Assembly: GCA_010909165.1 (NCBI GenBank)
Contig: VJWM01000196.1
Span: forward strand, 1-64,000
From: Anthoceros angustus
Lineage: Eukaryota > Plantae > Anthocerotophyta
DNA: 64,000 nucleotides
Direction of reading: 5' to 3'
Shown: piece after piece, positions 25,761-36,469 of the stretch
Layout: the number at the start of each line of letters is the position of its first letter
Numbering within the stretch: the first letter of the stretch is position 1
Made by a program: the position numbers and the translations under genes
Notes under the pieces: generated by a model
The model's database searches: none
What the model saw: only the letters and a program-made list of their open reading frames with translations
What the model was told of the DNA's origin: nothing

Positions 25761-27625
25761 GTTCATTCCGCGGATGAGCAGGATTGCGCGGCCATTGAAT
25801 GACTTGTTGAAGAAGTTGGTGACTTGGCGTTGGACTCAAGAGGAGGAGTCAGCTTTCATGGAGTTGAAGGGTAGTCTCATGAGCTCGCCAATTCTTGGTC
25901 ATCCAAACTTCAGAAGCGCTCGCATTTCTACAACGATTGGAGCAAGTACGCATAGGGGCGCCTGGCGCAGATCAATGACAAGGAAGAGGAACATGTCATT
26001 GCCTATGCCGCCGGAGCAACAACCAAAGCGAGTCCAACTTCGCCTATGAAGGAGAATGTCTTGCAAGAACAGGCAATGGACACTTTCGTCCGTACTTGTT
26101 TGGACATCACTGACCATCACCGACCATCAACCCTTGCATTGGTTGATGATGAACGCCAAGCTTAAGGTGAAAGTCAAGCAGGTGGGCTCTCATTCTCCAG
26201 GAGTATGACTTTGTCATCGAACACCGAGCAGGTAGAGTTCACTCTAATGCTGATGGGTTGTCAAGGAATCCTCTACCTCGTAACGAAGACACTACAGGGG
26301 CCAGGCAAGATTCAGATGACGAGCAACCGGCTGCGGGGGAGAGTAGTCCAGATACCATGTTGGCCATGCATGAGGATGTCAAGACAGCCTCCACTCATCG
26401 CCAGGCGCAGTCCGCTGTGACATCCGGGCGGATGCAATAGCGGTGACCTTCCTAAGGTCGGGAATTGCCACAAGGGCTTTCATCTCGAGCGAGGCCAAGC
26501 TACGCGAGAAGGTGGCTCGGTACTATTGGAAGGAGGACATAATGTATGTCCGTGATTCATGGGAGATAGAATTGTACCCAAGCCGGAGGACGGGTGAGAC
26601 TCATCACCCAGTGCATGAAGGCTTAGGGCATTTTGGTGCTAAGCGCACCTACAAGATGCTCAGCCCACACACTTTTGGGCAAGGATGTATGGAGATGTGG
26701 AAAGGCTGGTCGGAATGTCGAGTGTGCGATCGAGTGAAGGCAAGGTTCATGTACCAATGATGTTGTGCTTCACTCGCCGATCCGAGGACTCTTCTACTGT
26801 GGAGTGTGGATCTCATGCCGCATATGCCGAGACGCCAGATCGAACAAGCATGTCATGCTAATGGTGGAGCATTTCAGCAAGTGGTGCGAGGTTGCCATCT
26901 TACCCAAGCGTGACTCTCGGCCACCAAGAAGGCGCTCTTGGCTCGCTCTTAGTCGATATGGAGCATGTGCAGAGGTTCTCACCGACTGTGGCAAAGAATT
27001 CGTGGGAATTTCAAGACTTGCTTGACAGAGCTTGATTGATCATCGGCGTCGTCGAGATCATCCTCAAGCCGATGGACTTGCCGAACGCTTGGTGCGGACC
27101 TTCAAGCGGGCCTTGCGCAAATATTGTCTCACAAATGACCAAGACATGGGATGAAGGGATGCCATACCTAGTGCTAGGGTACAGGTGAGCAATCAAGCCT
27201 TTGAGCAATTTTTCACCATACTACTTGTTGTATGGGCGACAACCATTTTGCCAAAGCGTGAGGCAAGCAAGGCTACAAGCACTGGATTGGCGCAATGCGG
27301 ATGATTGCCTACGAGACACGGAAAGGCGGGCGAGCTTTTCAAGCGGATCATGCCCATGGCAATGGAGAACCTTGCCATAGCGCAACATGTGGATCAATCG
27401 CTATGCTTACACACGAGGAGGGACATGGAAACCCAAGGTGCGCAAGTTCGAAGTTGGAGATTATGTCTACCGATCGGAAGCCGTGCAACACCTTGGAGGT
27501 ATCCACCAGAGTCATCTTGCGGGTCGTGCGAGTAGGCAAAGATGGAGTGCTTGAGCTCGAAGGATCGATGGCGAAGATGGAAGGATCACCTCAAGAAGCT
27601 GCGCACCATGCCACTTACCCAATTT
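25761..27625 (+). pseudogene. Gypsy RT thumb/connection, RNase H and integrase
   Basis: FIPRMSRIARPLNDLLKK, TDHQPLHWL, WALILQEYDFVIEHRAGRVHSNADGLSR, HEGLGHFG...CRVC, VEHFSKW, VLTDCGKEF, HPQADGLAERLVRTFK, FEVGDY. Confidence 0.92.
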
Positions 27626-27669
27626 GGACCCTCAACTCGGCCTACAATGTGGCGTCCACCCAAAGACTT

Positions 27670-27812
27670 GGAGTGTCGGGTTTGTGGACGTCGATGATGA
27701 TGATGTAATGCTTCTTTGTGATCGGTGCAATAGGGGATACCACATGTTTTGTGTTCAACCACCTCTTGGCGACATTCAGGAAGATTGGTTTTGTGCACAA
27801 TGCACTACATGA
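27670..27812 (+). pseudogene. PHD finger at the integrase C-terminus
   Basis: CRVCG..DDDDVMLLCDRCNRGYHMFCVQPPLGDIQEDWFCAQC, a Cys4-His-Cys3 pattern. Confidence 0.92.
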
Positions 27813-27945
27813 GGTGCGTCGTGTGTAGTCCTACTAATGATAATGTTCGACTTGGAGTCTCACATTATCGAGGGATTGGTTTGCACCTATATACTGCGTG
27901 TAGATTTGCTTGGTTGTTGGTCGGTGCTTGATTGAATTCAAGGTG

Positions 27946-29050
27946 TGTGCGACACAATCTTACTTCTCCCTACCCGCCTCCCACCAGTGACTCACTACAC
28001 AATACCAATTGAGGGTCACGGGGGGCATGCAGACCGAACCTGCGATGGTTCACGTCCTTTGTGCAGGGCTCCTTGCGCCCCTGGGTTCACATAACGCCCG
28101 CTCCCGGTCAGGTGGGGGCGCCGAACCTCGTCCGGAGGAGCAGGGTCCGAGGTCCGCACTGCCACACATACACGCCACCACGCAGCGGTTAGGGTCCTTT
28201 ATGCAGCTCTGCGCCCCTCGGAGTTCGGCTAATTACGCCCGCTCTCGGTCGGTGAGGGGCGTCCGAACCTGCACAATGGGAGGAGCAGGGGTCCGAGGTC
28301 CTTCGCACCTGTACACATACACGCCACCACGCGTTAGGGTCCATCATCAGGACCTAGATCAGTCTCTCCGGAGTAGCCTCGCCCGCTCAGTGACTCGGGA
28401 CTTGCGTTAACAAGGGACACACAAGGGTCTACAAAGATAACGCGGTATCAACCCCAAAAAAAAGATCCCTTTACTGGAGTGGCAGCGCTCTCTTATACTA
28501 CGTCTCGAGGGAGCGCCTTTATTACACTCCTGAATGCAGAGATTGTCCAACTCACTATGGATTGCCGCTGTCCCGCCTTCTCACTTCCTTCCCTCTCTGC
28601 CTCCTCAGGCTGCCGGTCCGGTGTTTGAATACTCCTCTTCGTTCGTTCACGAAAGTCCAAGTAACATGAAATGCTCCGTCCCTTGTACCACGACGGCGGT
28701 GAATGACGCCACCACGCAGCGGTTAGGGTCCATCATCGGGACCTAGATCGTCCCGGAGTAGCCTCGCCTCATTATCGGGACTTTGCGTAACGAGGGACAC
28801 ACAAGGGTCTACAAAGATAACGCGATCAACCCCAAAAAGATCCCTTCGGGTGTGACGCCTCTCTCTTACCTACGCTCGAGCGCCTTTATTACACTCCGGC
28901 GAAATGTTGTCCAACTCACTATGGATTGCCGAGATGGAGCGCCCTTCTCGCACTTCCTCGCCTCCTGGCGAGTCCGGTGTTTGAATACTCCCCTCTTCGT
29001 CGCCTGAAAGTCCAAGTAACATGAAATGCTCCGCCTCTGTAGCCGAACGG
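27946..29050 (+). repeat. Family X repeat, right part, with local internal duplications
   Basis: ACTCACTACAC, CACCACGC..GTTAGGGTCC, GACTCGGGACT and CAAGGGTCTACAA match 43900-44300 and 52950-53340. Sub-blocks recur at ~28171, 28321 and 28706. Confidence 0.75.
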
Positions 29051-29449
29051 CAATGAGCAGGCGCCCACAAAAAATTGTGTTGATCCAACTCCACAGAGGA
29101 TGTTGTGGGCAGTAAAGTTTGGGCAACCACAAACGCCAAAACGAACAAGTTTGATTTTTTTTGGCTAAGACGATACCAGAAAACTTCCGAAAATCTTAAA
29201 ATTAGTGTAAAACATCGTTAGGGAAGTGAAAAGGATATCCCAGGAAAAAGAACGGGTCAAAACGACCCCCAGACGGGAGGCAAATTGCGAAAGATTGGTA
29301 AGTGGCGGACTACCATCATAAACACCACACTAAGCCCGTGGCTGAGAAAAAGGCTGCACCACCGCCTAGCAGATGGTGGCGAGCCATGATGGTGGATCTC
29401 GCGAGGAAGAGCAACGAATATAGAAGGATATCCACTATATATGCTCATC

Positions 29450-31790
29450 CATAGGGAAATAAATGTATAGGTTAATTAGGGGTAGCGGCTAGAATAAAAG
29501 ATAGGCAGTTTAGATAGGATTAGGATGTTGAAATGATGAACCAAATCTAGGGAAACATGCAGCGTCGAGTGGCGGTCATCGAGAGGCAAAAGTGCGTTTG
29601 GGCAGCCTGCTTTCTCTAGAAGTGTGGCGCTTCACTTGGCAGGATCAAGGCGGAGCGGCGTAGAGCTAGGTGCAGCGAGAAGAAGGAAGGAGGCTACCAT
29701 CGCTCTGCGCCATCGCGACGTGAACAAGGGAAGGGCAGACCTTGGAGCAGAGAAGGAAACCATAGGCGCGGGGAAGAAGCAAGAGCCGGGGCACTAGCTC
29801 TCGACAAGAAGCTTTTCGGAACAAGTAGTGGAGAAGAAGCGCATTCACAGTCGGCCAGAGAGGCAAGGCGCCAAGTCGGGCATACGACCTGCGATTGTGG
29901 AAGGAACGCGAGGAGGTTGGCGGTGAAAACTCGAGCCAGGGCTAACGTGTGTTACAGGGCGAGTGTTGTTCCCACAATTGGAAGCGGAGGCGGGAGGGGC
30001 ACAGCGCCGCCACAAAGTAATAGAAGTTGGCAGGAAGGATTGAAGGAAGGCGCAAGTCACTGCAAGACGCCCACCGGCGTTGAAAGAAAAAGGAGAAAAG
30101 AAGTGGGAGGGAAGCAAGCTTGAGGGGCTAACCTTGAATTTGTGTGATAGGTTGCTTTCACCAAGGGTAGTTCTTGGTGAGGCACTGCAAAGGAGGCGAA
30201 GGAAATGGATTGAGGAAGCGACTTCCTCCTTGGCGCAGGAAGTAATTCACTCCACAGCGACATTTGGGAAGAAGAGCGCCGCCATGCCTCGAATGGAAGG
30301 CAAGGGAAGGGCCGCGCAGCAGGCTCCTCCCTCGCGAGGAGAAAGGAAAGAAGGCGGCCAGGAGGTCTGCCTTGAGGAGGAGGTGAACTTGTGATGCCCC
30401 AATTCACTTGCTTTGTCAGCCCAACCCCGGATTTGGTTGATTTTCTAAGGGCGTAAGAGGAGAAAACATCCAATTGGGATGGGTGTATGGCCGCCAATGG
30501 GCCTACACCAATTTGGAATTGATTGAGAGTGTTACATCAACCTCCATCAATCGGCGCCTGCCAAGGAGAATGCTGAACGATCGCTGGACCGGAAGTAAGT
30601 ATTCGACGGAAGACCGAGGAGAGCTCGAATTGCTCTCCTCGAAAGGTCGAATGGAGGAAGAGGACGCCTCCGACATTCCGCAGAGTTCCTCGACATGATG
30701 GATGGAGGAGTGAAGGCCCACGCCAAGAATGGCTGGAAGACCGAGAGCATCAAGGAGTCAAGTGGAGGCTCTTCAAAGATTGTGCTAGTTGGTAAATTAC
30801 CAACGCACTTATTTCAAAGACCAACTTCCTCCAATTTTTGTGGAAGATTTCCATGGGAGCCAAGCCGATTGGGGAACCATCATGTATGAAGCGACATCCA
30901 CCATCGAGAAGCTCCTCAAGCCAAATTCGTGGATGAGGAAGGGCCAAGGCCTGCTACCTTAGCACCTATTTGGTGCATTTATGGGAAACCGAGGGACTCT
31001 CACAAGCAAGGAGCTTGAAGATGCATGGCATCCTTTGAGGTCATCCATCTCCACCGAGGTTGGAAAGGCCTTGCCTTTTGCATCATGGAAGGGGAGGTCG
31101 ACCTCCACAAGCATGCAAGAGGAGAGAAGAGGAGGCAAAGTTGCCGAGTGGGAATCCTTTCCACAGCAAGCAAGGAAGAAGAGAGCAAGAACCGCCAAGG
31201 AAGGCCAATGGTAGTCTATGAGAGAAGGACTAGGCCCCGGAGTGGGGAGTCCCCACCATCCTTTGTGCCTACGAGAGGCACTCCACTCCCGGGGAGGCCC
31301 ACCCAAGGGGCTCACCGGGTAGGCGTACCAGGTAGGTAGGCATACCACCGCTGGTAGGGGAGCAGCCATCATGGGGAGCACCCACGTAGGCAGCACCCCA
31401 CGCGCAGCCTGGCGGTGGGGAAGGGGAAGGAGAAGCAACAGAGCCGGGCGCCGAGGCCACCATCTCCTGTTGGAGGAGAGCGGATGGAGCGACGGAGGGG
31501 ACCTGCTGGCCACGATGGCCCGAGGTGTGAGAGCTGGAGATTTCAAGAAGAAGGGGTGGAATTAGGACCCCTAGGAATTGCCGGTGCTTGTGAAGCACTC
31601 AGGTGGATTTGAAGGGGCTAGAGACTAGCAGCCTTGTGGGCATGCCAAGAGGAAGTGAAAAGCCCAAGACATGGCCGGAGGAAGGCAGGACCAAATGGCA
31701 ATTGGAGGCCATGGAGTCCGATGAAAAGGCAGCCAAGCCGGAAAAGGTCAGAGAAGCTCCAACGCGACCTCATGGATGAGGCGGAGAAGG
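29450..31790 (-). mobile_element. Degenerate L1-like LINE ORF2 3' region (copy 1)
   Basis: zf-RVT-like remnants (LWSELLP...HQELPL; LW..VNALLLH) and an AT-rich 3' UTR. Heavily frameshifted. Confidence 0.5.
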
Positions 31791-31794
31791 TCCT

Positions 31795-32090
31795 GAGGGT
31801 CGTGCGAGTAGGCAAAGATGGAGTGCTTGAGCTCGAGAAGGATCGATGGCCGAAGATGGAAGGATCACCTCAAGAACTGCACCATGCCACTTGCAATTTG
31901 GACCCTCAACTGACCTACAATGTGGCGTCCACCCAAAGACTTGGAGTGTCGGGGTTTGTGGGACGTACGATGATGATGATGTAATGCTTCTTTGTGATCG
32001 GTGCAATAGGGATACCACATGTTTTGTGTTCAACCACCTCTTGACGACATTCAGGAAGATTGGTTTGTGCACAATGCACTACATGAGGTG
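31795..32090 (+). pseudogene. Duplicated integrase C-terminus and PHD finger
   Basis: LRVVRVGKDGVLELE...DDDDVMLLCDRCNR, a copy of 27520-27812. Confidence 0.88.
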
Positions 32091-33229
32091 CGTGTATAGT
32101 CCTACTAATGATAATGTTATTCGGACTTGGAGTCTCACATTATCGGGGGATGGTTGCACCTATATACCTGCGTATTAGATTTGCTTGGTTGTTGGTCGAG
32201 GAAGTGCTTAAATTGAATTCAAGTGCCACCTTACTGGCTACACCGCCTTACCTCCCCACCCGCCTCCCACCGTACTCACTTACACACAATACCAATTGAG
32301 GGTCACGGTGGGGCATGCACGGGCTACGAACCTCCGCGATCGTTCACCGGGTCCCTTTGTTCGGGCTCCACCGCCCCACGGAGTTCGGCTAGTGCGCCCG
32401 CTGTCCGTGGGCGCCGAACCTCGTCAGGAGCAGGGTCCGAGGTCCTTCGCACGCATACATACACGCCACCACGCCAAGGGTCCATCATCGACCTAGACTG
32501 GCTCCGAGTAGCCCCGCCTCGGTGACTCGGGACTTGCGACAACAAGGGACACACAGGGTCTACAAAGACAACGCGATCAACCCCAAAAAAAAGATCCCTT
32601 TATCGGGTGTGGCCTTTATACTAAACGCCTTTAGGAGCGCTTTATTACACTCCTATTCCGAAAGGCATTGTCCAAAGCTCACTGCTAAGGTCTGCCCTGT
32701 CCCCGGCGCCCTTCTCACGCCTTCCTCTCCTCCGGGCTGCAGCCCGATGTTTGAATACTCCTCTCGCCCTGTAAAGTCCAAGTAACATGAAATGCTCCGC
32801 CCCTCTTGTACACGAACTGTAATGAACTAAGCACCACAAAAAAATTGTTGATCCAACTCCACAGGAGGATGCTTTGTGGGCGTAAAAGTTTGGGCAACTA
32901 GCCCAAACCGCCAAAACGAATAAGTTTGATTTTTTTGGCTAGAACGATGCCGTGAAAACTTCCAAAATCTTTAAAGTCGGAGGTGAAACATCGTTAGGGA
33001 AGTGAAAAGATATCCCGTGAAAAGAACGGGTCAAAACGACTGACCCCAGCAGGCGTGGGAGCGCCCGAAGATTGGTAGGCCGCATACCATCAGGTCGCCA
33101 CACCACGCCCCGTAGGTCGAGAAAGGCGCATCACCGCAAGAGTCGGCGGGCCACCGCTGGTAGACCAAGGATCTCGCCGTGAAGAGCAGCTAATATGAAG
33201 GATATCCACTATATATGCTCATCCATAGG

Positions 33230-36200
33230 GAAATAAATGTATAGGTTAATTAGGGAGCTGGCTAGAATAAAAAGATAGGCGCTTAGATAGGGATTAGGAT
33301 GTTGAAATGATGAACCAAATCTAGGGTCAGGCAGCTGGCCTGTGTGGCGGTCATCCAGAGAGGCAAAGTCGTTTGGGCAACACCAACTTTCTCCGAAGTG
33401 TGGCTTCCTTAGCGTGGACCGATCAAGCTAAGGAGCGTAAGAGCAGGTGTGAAGAAGCGAGGGAGGTTACCATCGCCTTCACCGCCTGACTTGTGAACAA
33501 GGGAGACGGAGCCGCTACCTGAACAGAGAAGGAAACCTTAGCTAAGCGCAAGGAAGAAGCAAAGGCTAGCACTAAGCGCTCTACAGAAGCTTTTAGGACA
33601 CCGTGAAGTGGAGAAGAGCGCATTACAGCCGCGCGAGCAAAGGAGGCGCCAAGTCGAGCGTATCGACCGCGATCAGGAAGGAAGAACCGGCGGGAGGTTG
33701 ATGACAATCAAAACTCGAGCCGTGGCTAACGGTGTTACAGAAAGTTGTTCCCACAATTGGGCGAGGGAGACGCAGCGCGGCAAAGAAAGTAGTGTCGGTT
33801 GGCGGGAAGGAAGGCGCAAGTCACTTTCAGACGAAACGCCTCGCTTGAAGAAAAAAGGAGAAAGAAGTGAGGAGGCAAGCTAAATTTAACCTTGAATTTG
33901 TGTGATAGAGTTGCCTGGGTAGCTGAGCTGAGGCACTAAAGGAGCAAGGAAATCGCATTGGGAAGCAGCCTCCTCGGGACAAAGACTTGGGAAGTAATTC
34001 ACTCCCTAGCGCATTTGGGAAGAAGAACGCCGCCATGCCTCGAGCTGGAAGGGGCAAGGGAAGGCAGCAGAGCTCCTCCTCGAGGAGAAAAGGGAAAGAA
34101 GGCGGCAGCGGAGGCTCTACCGGGGAGGTGAACTTGTGATGCCCCAATTCTAACTGCTTTGGGCTCTTAACCGGTTGGATTGGGGTTTTCAATGGGGCGA
34201 GGAGGAAAACATCCAATTGGGATGGGTGTATGCCGCCCAATGGGCCTACACGCAATTAATTTGTTAGAACTGATTGAGGAGTGTTACATCAACCTCCATC
34301 AACCTGAAGCAGCCTTGCTACGGCGCACCGGAGAGGAATGGTTTAATCACCCGTTTTGCTGTGACCAAGGCCCCGGATGTATTTCGATGTGGTATGGAAG
34401 TACGAGGAGGAGAGCTCGAATTGCTCTCTCGAAAGGTCGAATGGAGGAAGAGACGGCCTTCCGGTTATTCCGCAAGAATTCCTCGATACATGATGGATGG
34501 GAGGTGAAGGCCCACGCCAAGAATGGCTGGAAAAATGAGAGCATCAAGGAGCTAAGTGGAGGCTCTTCGCAAAGATGATTGCTGGGGTTGGTGAATTACT
34601 AACGAACTTTATTTTAATCTTTATTTCAGCACTGCCTCCAATTTTTGTGGAAGCTTTCCATGGAGCCAAGCCGATTGAGGAACCATTATGTATGAAGCAT
34701 ACATGTTACATCCACCACCGAGTAGCTCCTCAAAAGCCAATTCCGTGGATGAGGAAGGGCCTGCACATGCTAGACCTCAAAGACCTATTTGGCATTTATG
34801 GGAAACAGAGGGACTGTGTTGGCGTGGGAGGTGGATGCGGCATCCCTTTGAAGTCATCCACCTCCAAGTCCGGAGTCCGGAAAGGCTCGTCTTGCCTCAT
34901 ATCATGGAAAACAGCTGGGGTCGAATTTCCACCCAAAGACGCCAAGACCGGGAAAGCAGAGGAAGAGGAGGCAAGCAAGATCGATCACGGGAGTGGGAGA
35001 CCTTTCCTGGGCATTAAGAACCAAGAGAAGAAGGAGAGCAAGATCTCCGCCAAGGAGGCCAAGTGGTAGTTTATGAGAGAAGAACTATGCTCCTGTGGTG
35101 GGGAGTCCTCATCATCGCATGGGTGCCTAGGGAAGAGGGCACTCGGCTGTGCCCTACCCCTTGTGAGGGGAGGCAACACACCCACAGAAGTGACTCACCG
35201 TGGTAGGAGGTCACCCCTCACCACTGTGAGGTGGTGCGATCATTCTGATGGTAGGTAGGTTACTATCACAGTGAGGGGAGGCGGCCCACCTGCGATGGTA
35301 GGCGGTCACACCTCACTGTAGTGCACCAAGTGTGGGAAGGGGAAGAGCAGCAACACAGATGGGCTGCATGGCGCCAAGGCCACCACTTCCCGTGATTAAG
35401 GGAAGAGTGATGGAACGACGGTGAGGGGAACTACACAACACGTATGTCCTGAAGGCTTGAGAGGCTGGAAATTTCCAGCAAGAAGGTAAAGGGCGACCTG
35501 GGACCCTTAGGAGACTTGGCTGAGTGCTTGCTTTGAGGCACCAGCCCGGTGGATTTGAAGGGGCTAGAACTAGCAACCTCCGTGGGCTGCCAAGAGGGAG
35601 ATGAAAGCCCAGACATGGTTTGAGAAAGGCAAGTGACTAAATGGCAATTGGAGGCCATGGAGTTCAGAACAAGGAGAAGGTACCAAACCGAAAGGGTACG
35701 TAGAGAGCTCCAACGCGACCTCATGGATGAGCGCGCTGGGCAAAGTCCTCGGAAGGGAAGGTGTCGCAACAAGAGAGAGCTATTCTATGCATAACCCAAA
35801 TCTGGAAGTTCATGGTAGATGTATATGGAGGAGCACTGGCCCAATTAGAGCAAGAGCAGAAGGGACTGAAACCCGGCTCTTTGTGGGGAGGAAGATAGCA
35901 ACCAAAGAATTGGATCAAAGAAGAATGTGTGTGTGGATGGCTACACTGCCATCAAGATCCTATTAAGAGGGAACGCGGATCAGGGTTCCCAGCTTGGAAG
36001 AGAAGGAGTCAAGGCTCATGATCAACCAGTGAAAGCAGTGCAAGGTGAATTAGAGCGCCAAGGAAGTGGAGTGGCAAGTGGAGAAGGAGAGAACTCGCTA
36101 CAACCGCCGACTGTGAGAGACAAAGTGGAGGTCCTTAAGAAGAGGAGTACCATGCGTTGGGTACATAGGATGCTGGTAAGGCGAAGCCGAAGGTTTTGGG

Positions 36201-36420
36201 TAGCTGTCATGCCCTTCATGCAAAATTGGCACAACCAGTCAAGGAAGCAAGGAGGAGAATGTAACCCTCCAAGTCAGGTGGGAGGAATTGGACCATCATG
36301 TAGAGATGCCTACAAGGGTAGGTGTGGAGGATGGGATCAACAGCCTGGAGATTGATGATCTCCAAATGCAATATCATAGGCTTTGGTATGCCCATCTTCC
36401 TGTAACGAGGGATTTCTCAA
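33230..36420 (-). mobile_element. Degenerate L1-like LINE ORF2 3' region (copy 2, longer)
   Basis: Colinear with 29450-31790 and extends further 5'. Confidence 0.5.
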
Positions 36421-36469
36421 GGCCACAACCTAGGATCTTACGCCCGCCAAGAGGAGGGTGTGGACTGGT

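Larger units (their letters stand above)
17094..27945 (+). mobile_element. Ty3/Gypsy LTR retrotransposon encoding a DNMT3-like cytosine methyltransferase, RT, RNase H, integrase and PHD finger; interrupted by a Copia; gag/protease and 3' LTR not found
   Basis: Same-strand order: LTR-like 17094-17765, MTase 17968-18896, RT 19060-19920 resuming at 25761, RNase H, HHCC plus DDE integrase, PHD ending at 27812. RT-RH-INT order is Gypsy-type. Confidence 0.9.
27520..35750. repeat. Tandem segmental duplication, two ~4-4.3 kb units (27520-31790 and 31790-35750)
   Basis: Both units start GGGTCGTGCGAGTAGGCAAAGATGGAGTGCTTGAGCTCGA and end near GCTCCAACGCGACCTCATGGATGAG. Same internal order: integrase tail-PHD, family X, L1. 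Confidence 0.88.
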
